From Eubacteriales bacterium (GTDB lineage: Bacteria > Bacillota > Clostridia > Oscillospirales > CAG-382): a stretch of DNA of 64,000 nucleotides. The notes below the pieces were generated by a model. The model was not told the origin of the DNA. It saw only the letters and a list, made by a program, of their open reading frames with translations, and ran no database searches. Made by a program: the position numbers and the translations under genes. The DNA lies in NCBI GenBank assembly GCA_045533895.1, contig JAZSIT010000045.1, positions 2,499 to 66,498 of the forward strand, given 5' to 3'. Every line of letters begins with the position of its first letter. Within the stretch, counting starts at the first letter, position 1. This document shows, piece by piece, positions 44,452 through 53,154 of the stretch.

Positions 44452-45840
44452 TTGAAAAAAATTTGGCTTTTAATTGCGGTTTTACTTTGCTTTCCCTTTA
44501 CAATTACTGCACACGGAGAGGAATATACCATGAAATATAAAAAGTCCTTTTATGAAAAGGTTATAAACGCAGAATACGCATACATAAAAAGCCTTGTGCT
44601 CCCCAACGGAGCTATAGGATACGGTGTTCCCGCGGTAGACGGCTTTTTTAACGTATCTTCACTTCCCACCGTGGACGGAATAGAGCCCGAGGAATATACC
44701 ACTTGGAAATGCACCCGTGTTGTGCCCTATTTTTCCGCTTTCGCGGTTTTGGGCGTAATGGAAACTGACAAAAAAGACGCAAAAGATATCGCTTTGGGAT
44801 ATATAAACTGGTATACTTCCCACATGAACACCAAGGAAAGCGACGTTAACGGTGTTGCGGGCACGGTATACGATTATTATGTTTTTGTTTCTCCCGATGA
44901 AAAGCAGACGGTAGAAGTTACATATATGGATATTTACGGAGACAAATCCCGTAATTACGACAGCACAGATTCATACGCATCCACCTTTATACAGATTTTA
45001 TGCGCTTATACCGAAAAGTACGACAGCACATTCCTTGACGACAAGCAGGACCTGCTGGACACTCTTACATCGGTAATAAATGCCACCTACTGCGAAAAGC
45101 CTTCGCTTACCGGCGCAAAGCCCGATTATATGGTGTGTTATCTTATGGATAACTGCGAGGTATACGGCGCATACCGTGATCTGGCAAGATTGTTCCCCGA
45201 ATATGAGGCAGAAGCGTCCAAATACCGCGATGCTATAAACTCATCCCTCGCCGCCGACGGTTACTATTACCCTGCAGTTTTTGAGAACGGCAAGGCGGCT
45301 TATGAAATAACCGATATAAACAATTTCGAATATTATCCCCACGCCACAAGCCAGCTTTTCCCCATAACATTTGGAATTCTTGACCCGACGAGCGAGCAGG
45401 CGGCGCACCAATACGAGCTGTTTAATTCCCTTTACGGACAAAAAGGCGTTTCCGGCAGAGACTGGACGATAGTAGATTGCGGTGATTCATTCCCCTGGGC
45501 GTTGAATTTGCGCGCCGCAGTTATTATGAAGGATTATGCCCGTGCGGAAAAATACGTCCGTGAGGTTTACAACCGTTTTATATCTACAGGACATAATTCC
45601 AACTACTACTGCGCGGAGGCAGGTCATATCCTTATTGCGCTGACACAGCTTTGCGAGAATGCTTTTGAGGGCGATGAGTCCCAAGCGGTATCCAACGTTG
45701 TTTCGGATACAAGCACGCCCGTAACCGCAAATAAAGATAATTCCGCACTGAAAAAGGCACTGCCTTTTATTATTATCGGCGGTGTTGCCGTCGTGGGAGT
45801 TATAGCGGCAGCGGTAATTATTAAAAATAAAAAGAAATAA
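44452..45840 (+). CDS. Secreted, C-terminally membrane-anchored protein of unknown function (helical-repeat/toroid-like by composition)
   Basis: Signal peptide MKKIWLLIAVLLCFPFTITAHG. C-terminal TM IIIGGVAVVGVIAAAVII followed by KNKKK. TTG start after GAGGTG. Confidence 0.75.
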   Translation: MKKIWLLIAVLLCFPFTITAHGEEYTMKYKKSFYEKVINAEYAYIKSLVLPNGAIGYGVPAVDGFFNVSSLPTVDGIEPEEYTTWKCTRVVPYFSAFAVLGVMETDKKDAKDIALGYINWYTSHMNTKESDVNGVAGTVYDYYVFVSPDEKQTVEVTYMDIYGDKSRNYDSTDSYASTFIQILCAYTEKYDSTFLDDKQDLLDTLTSVINATYCEKPSLTGAKPDYMVCYLMDNCEVYGAYRDLARLFPEYEAEASKYRDAINSSLAADGYYYPAVFENGKAAYEITDINNFEYYPHATSQLFPITFGILDPTSEQAAHQYELFNSLYGQKGVSGRDWTIVDCGDSFPWALNLRAAVIMKDYARAEKYVREVYNRFISTGHNSNYYCAEAGHILIALTQLCENAFEGDESQAVSNVVSDTSTPVTANKDNSALKKALPFIIIGGVAVVGVIAAAVIIKNKKK

Positions 45841-45895
45841 GCTTCAATTAAATAGCGGACTGTAAAATCCAAAAAAACAAAGAGAGGAAAAGCGC

Positions 45896-46606
45896 GTGCA
45901 GGATATTTGCATATTCAGGCGGGTGGAAAAAAAGTACCCCATAAACACACAAAAAAAGAATATGCTCCTTAACGCCATTTCCCACCGTCTGGTGGCGGAT
46001 GCCCACGGAAAAAGCACAGTGTGCTCGCTTTATCTCGACACGCCGGACAGATTGCTGATACGCAACTCCATGACGGCGACCACCTACAAGGAAAAGCTTC
46101 GCCTGCGAAGCTACGGCACACCGGAGAGTGACACAGAGATATTTTTTGAAATTAAAAAGAAATATAAAGGCGTAGTATACAAGCGCAGAGTGAAAATGCC
46201 GCTTTCGGAGGCGGAAGATTATATCCGTACAGGAATTATGCCGCAAAAAAACCAGATAATGTCGGAGATAGACTATGCAATGAGGTTTTACCGAAGTCCA
46301 CTTCCGTCTATGCTTATCGCATACGAAAGAGAGGCGTATTTCGGCAAGGAGGACGACGGATTGCGTATCACCTTTGACACGGCGATACGTTACAGAGAAA
46401 CGGATTTGGATATGACCCAAGGCAGTTACGGTGCTGAGATAACCGACAAAGACCTATGGATAATGGAAATAAAGACCAACGGCGGTATGCCCGTATGGCT
46501 TGCAAAGGCGCTGGACGAATGTGAGATATATCCGTCCCGCTTTTCCAAATACGCAAATGCGCATATTCTGTCTATAAAAGAAAAAGCAAGGGAGATTAGT
46601 GTATGA
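45896..46606 (+). CDS. VTC-domain (polyphosphate-polymerase-like, CYTH/tunnel fold) protein
   Basis: FRRVEKKY...YLDTPD...YKEKLRLRSYG...FFEIKKKYKGVVYKRR...WIMEIKT pattern of bacterial VTC-domain proteins. GTG start. Confidence 0.75.
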   Translation: MQDICIFRRVEKKYPINTQKKNMLLNAISHRLVADAHGKSTVCSLYLDTPDRLLIRNSMTATTYKEKLRLRSYGTPESDTEIFFEIKKKYKGVVYKRRVKMPLSEAEDYIRTGIMPQKNQIMSEIDYAMRFYRSPLPSMLIAYEREAYFGKEDDGLRITFDTAIRYRETDLDMTQGSYGAEITDKDLWIMEIKTNGGMPVWLAKALDECEIYPSRFSKYANAHILSIKEKAREISV

Positions 46607-47268
46607 ACAGTATATTTGGTTCGGTGCTCGGCACAGAAGTTACTTTAACGGCGTTTCTTATATGTCTGGGAGGCGCGCTGGTATGCGGTATAATTACCGC
46701 CCTTTCCGCCGCTTTCAAAAACCGCGTAAGCAAAAGCTTTTTTGTTTCGCTTATATTGCTTCCCATGATAGTGGAAACGGTAATAACCATGGTAAACGGA
46801 AATATTGGAACCGGCGTTGCGGTAATGGGCGCGTTTTCTTTGGTAAGATTCCGTTCCGTACCGGGAAAAGCGAAGGATATAGTTGCAATTTTCCTTGCAA
46901 TGACGGCAGGTCTTGCGTGCGCATCGGGTTATGTGGGTATCGCTGTGCTGTTCACCCTTATCATAAGTGTTATAACCATACTGCTTTCGCTTATTAAGTT
47001 TGGTGACGAAAAGCTTTTACTGCTTAATGTAACCGTACCCGAATCCCTTAATTTCGCCCACGGACTGGACGATGTTTTCGCGGAGTATACAAAAAAATAC
47101 TACCTCACCGCTACCCGCACCACAAATATGGGAAGCCTGTATAAGCTTACATATAAAATTGAGCTTAAAAACAAAGAGAAAATGCAGGAATTTATAGATG
47201 CTCTCCGTTGCCGCAACGGAAATTTGGAGATAATGATAACCGACGCACCTGACACCGAAGAATTATAA
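46603..47268 (+). CDS. DUF4956 membrane protein
   Basis: 221 aa with 4 TM N-terminal half containing GAFSLVRFRSVPGKAKDI. ATGA overlap with the VTC gene. Confidence 0.75.
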   Translation: MNSIFGSVLGTEVTLTAFLICLGGALVCGIITALSAAFKNRVSKSFFVSLILLPMIVETVITMVNGNIGTGVAVMGAFSLVRFRSVPGKAKDIVAIFLAMTAGLACASGYVGIAVLFTLIISVITILLSLIKFGDEKLLLLNVTVPESLNFAHGLDDVFAEYTKKYYLTATRTTNMGSLYKLTYKIELKNKEKMQEFIDALRCRNGNLEIMITDAPDTEEL

Positions 47269-47272
47269 AAAG

Positions 47273-47476
47273 TTACCCCACAAAAAATCACCCCTAAAAT
47301 GCTGCGCATTTTTGGGTCCCCCAAAAAAAATCACCCCTAAAATGCTGCGCATTTTTGGGGACCCCAAAAAAAAATCACCCCTAAAATGCTGCGCATTTTT
47401 GGGGACCCCGAAAAAAATCACCCCTAAAATGCTGCGCATTTTTGGGGACCCCGAAAAAAATCACCCGCACAAAAGC
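47273..47476 (+). repeat. Tandem array: 4 full and 1 truncated copies of a 43-44 bp unit (GGGGACCCC family), locus C
   Basis: Units start at 47288, 47331, 47375 and 47418, with a truncated copy at 47461. Unit sequence is TCACCCCTAAAATGCTGCGCATTTTTGGGGACCCC(G/A)A7-9. Units 3 and 4 are identical. Confidence 0.95.
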
Positions 47477-47510
47477 AAAAGGAGCCGATTTTGGCTCCTT
47501 TTTTTGTTTG
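47475..47510. terminator. Bidirectional terminator
   Basis: AAAA-GGAGCC-gatttt-GGCTCC-TTTTTTT. Confidence 0.85.
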
Positions 47511-47511
47511 T

Positions 47512-48660
47512 TTAATACAAATAATATTCTTTTATGCTTTGCTCGTAATCGGCGAGGGCGGGAGCTATGGCAGAGAGATACTGCTCTGCGCAGAAGCCGT
47601 CCGACCGTATAACGTCTGTGCCGAAAAGCAAATCTATAAAGGCTTTGCCACCTTGAGAGTAGGGCGGTAAAAATGCAAAATCCGCAAAATTCTTACGTAT
47701 TATATCCAAAAGATAAAGCCCTGCTGTAAAGGGAGAAAACTCTCTTTTATCCGTAATATGCAAATACACGCCGCCACACACCTTTCCCGAATGCTTTGAG
47801 AAGGTGGGAGTGAAATAGCATTCCCGCGCCTTTACACCGGGCAGACAAAGGAAGTTGAACTCGTCTGCAATTTTGCCCCCGTCAAGGTTAGGCGCGCCTA
47901 CAGCGTGGAAGGGATATGTGGTGCCTCTGCCCTCGGAAAGGTTAGTTCCCTCAAAAAGGCAGGTACCGATATAGCAAAATGCGGTATCCGAGGTTGGAAT
48001 ATTGGGCGAGGGCGGCACCCAGAAAAGGTCGGTATCATCATAAAACAAATCTCGTGTCCAGCCGGAAAGGGGTATGACCTCAAGGTCACAGCCGATTCCG
48101 AAACGATAGTTTATATACCGCGCATATTCGCCGATGGTGAGATTGTGGCGCACCGCAAGGGGATATCTGCCCACGAAGGATGAGAAGGCGGAATCGAGAA
48201 TATTACCCTCTGCTTTGTTGCCGCCAAGAGGGTTTATGCGGTCAAAAACTACCATTTTTTTGTTTGCCGCAGCGCAATCCTCCATAGCGTAGGAAAGGGT
48301 ATACATATAGGTATAATATCTGGCGCCTATATCCTGAATATCAAAAGCAACTATATCAAGAGTATCCAGCACGTCCCTCGGAATATGAGGAACACTGCCG
48401 TAAAGGCTGTAAACGGGAAGTGAGGTTTTTTCATCAATATAAGCATCCACGTAACTGCCTGCTTGGGCGTTGCCGCGTACACCGTGCTCAGGAGAAAACA
48501 TACACGAAAGCACTCCCATTTTATGCAGTATATCTGCCGTGGAAACAAGGGACTTATTTATCCCCGTGGGGTTGGTGATAAGTCCTGCGCGAGCGCCGTT
48601 AAAAAGATGTGAATATTTGTCAATACGGTCGATACCGCTTAAAACAGCTGATTTTCCCAT
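47512..48660 (-). CDS. namZ: DUF1343 protein (exo-beta-N-acetylmuramidase NamZ/YbbC family)
   Basis: Start at MGKSAVLSGIDRIDKY...GLITNPTGI...FSPEHG. The upstream 108-aa ORF extension overlaps the preceding gene and is rejected. Confidence 0.82.
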   Translation of the reverse strand: MGKSAVLSGIDRIDKYSHLFNGARAGLITNPTGINKSLVSTADILHKMGVLSCMFSPEHGVRGNAQAGSYVDAYIDEKTSLPVYSLYGSVPHIPRDVLDTLDIVAFDIQDIGARYYTYMYTLSYAMEDCAAANKKMVVFDRINPLGGNKAEGNILDSAFSSFVGRYPLAVRHNLTIGEYARYINYRFGIGCDLEVIPLSGWTRDLFYDDTDLFWVPPSPNIPTSDTAFCYIGTCLFEGTNLSEGRGTTYPFHAVGAPNLDGGKIADEFNFLCLPGVKARECYFTPTFSKHSGKVCGGVYLHITDKREFSPFTAGLYLLDIIRKNFADFAFLPPYSQGGKAFIDLLFGTDVIRSDGFCAEQYLSAIAPALADYEQSIKEYYLY

Positions 48661-48661
48661 G

Positions 48662-49690
48662 TTACTCCTCCGAAAAGACAGTATCGTAAAACTCTCTGCG
48701 TATGGCGGTAAGCCCGTAGTTTTCCCTTGTGGGGTGGACACGGTTTGTAAGCAACACGCCGTAAACCCCCGTTTTGTTATCCACAAAAAGAGAGGTTCCC
48801 GTAAAGCCCGTATGTCCGTAACTGCCCACAGACATTTTACTTCCGCCGGGGAAGGGCTTATTTCCGAAAAGCTGGAAGCCAAGACCCCTGTTTTCCGAAA
48901 AATCGGATGTGTAGTCGGTAACCGCTTTTTCAAAAAGAGTGGGTGATATATACCCTTTTCCCCTGCCCGACAGCATGGAAGCAAACTTCACCGTATCGCC
49001 CAGAGTGCAGAAAATACCTGCATTGCCCGAAACACCGCCGAGAAACCGCGCGTTTTCATCGTGAACGACACCGCAGACGATTCCATCGCCGAAAACATCC
49101 TTTTCGGTGGCGGCGCAGGGATGAGAAACGGGGGGATTGTAAAAGGAATTTTTCATTCCCAAAGGCCCAAACACCTTTTCCCCAACTATTTTATCAAGGG
49201 GCTTTCCTTCTATTTGTTCAAGAATTTTGCCGAGAAGTATAAATCCCATACAGCTATACACGGTCTTTGTACCCGTGGGATAAGCAAAAGGATATTTTAA
49301 TATTTCTTGTGCGGCGTTTTTCGGGTCCTCTGTCCGATACAAGGGGAAGTGAGCGGGAATACCCGAAGTATGGGTGAGAAGCTGAAAAACAGTTATATCT
49401 TCCTTCCCGAAGCAATTATCAAAATATTTGCCCACTTTGTCTGTAAGCTGTATCCTACTTTCCTCTATCATGCGCAGACACGCCATGGTTGTGCCGATAA
49501 GCTTGGTAAGTGACGCCATATCAAAAAGTGTATCCTCGGTGATAGGCAGCCTTTCGGGCAGAAGGGCGCGGTCGCCTGCGTAGTCGTAGTACAGCACTTC
49601 CTCTCCCCTGCCAACGGAGGCGGCAAAGCAAGGATATGCACCGGATTCTGTTCCGCCGCGAAGAATATCCGAAATTTTTAACGTATTCAT
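48662..49690 (-). CDS. Beta-lactamase-fold serine hydrolase (AmiE/YbbE-like candidate)
   Basis: SLTK (SxxK) motif. 342 aa. Adjacent to namZ, as amiE is to ybbC in Bacillus. Confidence 0.75.
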   Translation of the reverse strand: MNTLKISDILRGGTESGAYPCFAASVGRGEEVLYYDYAGDRALLPERLPITEDTLFDMASLTKLIGTTMACLRMIEESRIQLTDKVGKYFDNCFGKEDITVFQLLTHTSGIPAHFPLYRTEDPKNAAQEILKYPFAYPTGTKTVYSCMGFILLGKILEQIEGKPLDKIVGEKVFGPLGMKNSFYNPPVSHPCAATEKDVFGDGIVCGVVHDENARFLGGVSGNAGIFCTLGDTVKFASMLSGRGKGYISPTLFEKAVTDYTSDFSENRGLGFQLFGNKPFPGGSKMSVGSYGHTGFTGTSLFVDNKTGVYGVLLTNRVHPTRENYGLTAIRREFYDTVFSEE

Positions 49691-50337
49691 GCTTTTGATG
49701 CGATCTTATTGATATCCTGCCCTCTGCCTACGGCAATAATATGATCGCCGGGCAGGAACACAAAGTCTGCGCTGAACAACGGGCGTATATCTCCCTGACG
49801 CTTTACCGCAACTATATTTATGCGGTATTTTCTTAATATCTGCAGTTCTGCTACAGTTTTATTTTCCCAAGAGGAGAGAATGGGAATTTCATATATGGAA
49901 TATTCGCCGGTAAGAGGTATAAAATCAAAAACGTTTCTTGCATTAAAACGCATTGCCATACGCTCTGCCATTTCTTTTTCGGGATATATAACCTCGTCCG
50001 CACCTATTTTATACAGTATCTCCGCCTGTATCTCGCGGTTGGCTTTGGTACAAACATACTTTGCGCCGTGCTTTTTAAGAAGTGATGTGATTATAAGCGA
50101 GGATTCAAAATTTTCACCTATGGTAACAAAGCAAAGATCAAAATCGCTCACGCCCAGAGACGCTACTACGCCTTCATTGGTGCAATCGCCAATACTGGAA
50201 TCTCTGAATACGGGGGGAAGCTCCTCTATAAGCTTGGCTTTTTCATCCACCACCATTACCTGGTTGCCAAGAGCTATCAATTTTTCGGAAAGATGTCTGC
50301 CAAATCTGCCCAAGCCGATTACAAGTATCGATTTCAT
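49687..50337 (-). CDS. trkA: K+ uptake system NAD-binding subunit (TrkA/KtrA)
   Basis: VIGLGRFGRHL Rossmann motif with RCK N and C domains. 216 aa. Confidence 0.9.
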   Translation of the reverse strand: MKSILVIGLGRFGRHLSEKLIALGNQVMVVDEKAKLIEELPPVFRDSSIGDCTNEGVVASLGVSDFDLCFVTIGENFESSLIITSLLKKHGAKYVCTKANREIQAEILYKIGADEVIYPEKEMAERMAMRFNARNVFDFIPLTGEYSIYEIPILSSWENKTVAELQILRKYRINIVAVKRQGDIRPLFSADFVFLPGDHIIAVGRGQDINKIASKA

Positions 50338-50354
50338 AATATTTCCTCCTTAAT

Positions 50355-51710
50355 TTATCCGATAAGCACCTTGCCCAAAGGACGCTCCACCGGTGGATGA
50401 GAGCGTTTTTCGGCAAGGGAGAGTATAAACGTAAGTCCGCCAAGTCTTCCCGCAAACATAAGTATCATAAGTACGATTCTGCTTATGACAGACAGATTCG
50501 GAGTAGCGCCCATGGAAAGTCCTACCGTTCCCACAGCCGACACTACTTCAAACAGCACTTCTTTTAAGCCGAGAGGCTCGACAGCGCATATAACCATGGT
50601 AGCCAACGCCGCCGCCACAATATAAATTATGGCAATTGCGCTTGCTTGACGCACTGTATCGTCGTCAATGCGCTTTTTATAAGCGTTAACGCTTTTATCC
50701 TTGCGGGCGCAGGCAATGGTAGCAAAAAACAAAACTGACACGGTTGTAGTCTTCATGCCGCCTGCAGTAGAGCCCGAACAGCCGCCTATAAGCATTAAAA
50801 GAATGGTAAGCATTATGCCGGATTCGGACATTTTGTCAAACGGAACGGCGTTAAATCCCGCAGTACGCGGCGTTATTGCGGCAAAAAAGGAATGATACAG
50901 TTTTTCCCACATATTAAATTCCCCAAAAGCAGGCGAGGAATATTCGAACACCAGCATAAGCACCCAGCCGCCTAATAGAAGGACCAATGACGCGGAAAGT
51001 GCGATTTTGGTGTGAAGGGTACAACGGGAGAGGCGAAAACGGTTTGAAATAAGATCGTTCCACACCAAAAATCCGGTACCGCCGATGAGAATAAGTACAC
51101 CGAGGGTAATGATTATAACCGGATCGGAAGCAACAGTGGTAAGAGAAGAAAAGGCAGCGTTACGTCCGAACAGGTCAAAGCCCGCATTGCAAAAAGCGGA
51201 AACCGAGTGAAAGACAGAATACCATATACCCTTTCCCCAGCCGAGACTCGGCACAAAGCGGAAAGCAAGCACTGCCGCCGCCAAAAGCTCAACAGAAAGA
51301 GTACCGATAACAATATTCCTTACAAAAGCGGATAGCCCCACGTCCATACGGTCGGTACCCGAAGACTGCATCATAAGTTTTCTGTCCTGCAAGGAAAGCC
51401 GTTTTCCCGCAAACAAAAAGAAAAGAGAGATAATTGTCATAAGTCCCAGACCGCCTACCTGTATCATACAAAGTATAACCGCCTGACCGAAGGACGACCA
51501 ATAGGTAAAGGTATCACGAACAACAAGTCCGGTAACGCAAGTAGCACTTACCGAGGTAAACAGCGCATCCCAGAAAGATGCGCCGCCCGAGTCCTTGGTT
51601 GCAGCAGGAAGACACAAAAGCCCGCAACCGATGGCAATTACCAGCAAAAAGGACACGGCAATAAGCTGTGTATGGGTGAATTTTAATTTATTTTTTATAC
51701 CGCGAGGCAT
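50355..51710 (-). CDS. trkH: K+ uptake membrane subunit (TrkH/KtrB family)
   Basis: Polytopic. Start at MPRGIKNKLKFTHTQLIAVSF, 9 nt after GGAG. Confidence 0.9.
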   Translation of the reverse strand: MPRGIKNKLKFTHTQLIAVSFLLVIAIGCGLLCLPAATKDSGGASFWDALFTSVSATCVTGLVVRDTFTYWSSFGQAVILCMIQVGGLGLMTIISLFFLFAGKRLSLQDRKLMMQSSGTDRMDVGLSAFVRNIVIGTLSVELLAAAVLAFRFVPSLGWGKGIWYSVFHSVSAFCNAGFDLFGRNAAFSSLTTVASDPVIIITLGVLILIGGTGFLVWNDLISNRFRLSRCTLHTKIALSASLVLLLGGWVLMLVFEYSSPAFGEFNMWEKLYHSFFAAITPRTAGFNAVPFDKMSESGIMLTILLMLIGGCSGSTAGGMKTTTVSVLFFATIACARKDKSVNAYKKRIDDDTVRQASAIAIIYIVAAALATMVICAVEPLGLKEVLFEVVSAVGTVGLSMGATPNLSVISRIVLMILMFAGRLGGLTFILSLAEKRSHPPVERPLGKVLIG

Positions 51711-51748
51711 TAAAAACATCTCCAAAAACAAAAGATTTTTACTAATTT

Positions 51749-51777
51749 ATTATAACTCTTTACGCCCATATTGTCAA
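51749..51777 (-). promoter_or_regulatory. Promoter of trkH-trkA
   Basis: The minus strand reads TTGACA-17-TATAAT, exact consensus. Confidence 0.7.
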
Positions 51778-51795
51778 CAGTGAGCAAAAAAGGTA

Positions 51796-51824
51796 TTGAC
51801 AAAAGAGGATGTCGATGCTATAAT
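51796..51824 (+). promoter_or_regulatory. Promoter of the GT2 synthase gene
   Basis: TTGACA-17-TATAAT, exact consensus. The 5' UTR contains an 8-bp hairpin GTACTAAC...GTTAGTAC. Confidence 0.7.
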
Positions 51825-51880
51825 AACCGTACTAACACCGCTAATACAGTTAGTACACGCCCGAGGAAAAGGAGTTAAAA

Positions 51881-53149
51881 ATGCAAGCAATAAACATATT
51901 CAATGCTGTGATTTCAATACTTTTTTTACTTTGCTATTCATACCAGATGTTCTATATTCCCGTTGCCTTGTTTATTAAGAACAAGAAGCATACAAAAGCC
52001 AAAAACAACCGTTATGCCGTGCTTATATCTGCCCGTAACGAGGAAAAGGTAATTGGCAACCTCCTTGACAGCCTTAAAAGCCAGACATACGATAAAAGAT
52101 ACTTTGATATATTTGTAATAGCAGACAACTGCACCGATTCCACTGCAGATATTGCCCGTGAAAAGGGCGCATACGTTTACGAGCGGTTTAACAAGGTGCA
52201 GGTGGGCAAGGGCTATGCGCTGGACGCCCTTCTCACACATATTCACACCGACCACAAGGACAAAAACTACGATGGGTTCTTTATTTTTGATGCAGATAAC
52301 GTGCTGGAGGAAAACTATATTTATGAGATGAACAAGGTGTTCTCCGACGGATACGAGATAGTTACCGGATACAGAAATTCCAAAAACTACGGCGACAACT
52401 GGATATCCGCAGGAAACGCATTGTGGTTTTTAAGAGAGAGCCGTTATCTAAACGGCGCGAGAATGAAGATCGGCTCTGCTTCTATGGTGGGCGGAACGGG
52501 CTTTATGTTCTCGAAGCGTGTTATAAAAGAATGCGGCGGCTGGAAGTTCTTTACTCTTACCGAGGACCTTGAGTTTACCGCACACAACATAATTAAAGGC
52601 GTGAAATGCGGATATTGCCCCAATGCCGTATTGTATGACGAGCAGCCTGTAAAGTTTTCCCAATCTTGGAAACAGCGCATGCGTTGGTCGAAGGGATATC
52701 TGCAGGTAACGGGAAAATACGGCGGAAGACTTATAAAAAATATTTTCCGCAGAGGATTTTCCTGCTATGACCTTCTTATGGGAATTACGCCTGCGTATAT
52801 ACTTACCTTTGTATCCGTTATCTTTAACACGGCGGCGTTTGCGGGAATGGTTATAAGCGGGAAGGACGTAATACCAATGGTGTTATCCTCCTTGAGCTCT
52901 TTCGGAAATATGTGTCTCACTATGTTTATTGTGGGCGCCATAACCACCGTAACCGAGTGGAAGCGCATTCAGTGCAGCAGCGCAAAAAAGATATTGTTTG
53001 CTTTTACCTTCCCCTTCTTTATGCTTACCTATATCCCCGTGTCCTTTGCGGCGGTGTTCAGCAAAGTGCAGTGGTCACCTATTGAGCACACTGTTTCGGT
53101 AAACGCAAAGCAGATAAAAGCAAGAGGAAGAATAAAACAAAAGGATTAG
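51881..53149 (+). CDS. Membrane-embedded processive family-2 glycosyltransferase (polysaccharide synthase type)
   Basis: ISARNEE, DNCTDST, FDADN (DxD), TEDLEF (TED) and QRMRWSKG (QxxRW). One N-terminal TM plus C-terminal TM segments. Confidence 0.85.
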   Translation: MQAINIFNAVISILFLLCYSYQMFYIPVALFIKNKKHTKAKNNRYAVLISARNEEKVIGNLLDSLKSQTYDKRYFDIFVIADNCTDSTADIAREKGAYVYERFNKVQVGKGYALDALLTHIHTDHKDKNYDGFFIFDADNVLEENYIYEMNKVFSDGYEIVTGYRNSKNYGDNWISAGNALWFLRESRYLNGARMKIGSASMVGGTGFMFSKRVIKECGGWKFFTLTEDLEFTAHNIIKGVKCGYCPNAVLYDEQPVKFSQSWKQRMRWSKGYLQVTGKYGGRLIKNIFRRGFSCYDLLMGITPAYILTFVSVIFNTAAFAGMVISGKDVIPMVLSSLSSFGNMCLTMFIVGAITTVTEWKRIQCSSAKKILFAFTFPFFMLTYIPVSFAAVFSKVQWSPIEHTVSVNAKQIKARGRIKQKD

Positions 53150-53154
53150 TTCAT

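Noticed and set aside
47288-47460. A possible CRISPR array, given regularly spaced repeats.
   Set aside because: The units are directly abutting (43-44 bp period) with no unique spacers. There are no cas genes in the window.
47312-47515. A 67-aa ORF (MGPPKKITPKMLRIFGDP...) reading through the tandem repeats.
   Set aside because: The periodic peptide is simply the translation of the repeat. It runs through a terminator hairpin and has no RBS.
51711-51795. A c-di-AMP (ydaO/kimA-type) riboswitch, expected upstream of K+ transporter genes.
   Set aside because: The consensus promoter leaves only about a 40-nt leader before the trkH start codon. That is far too short for the riboswitch, and no conserved motifs are seen.
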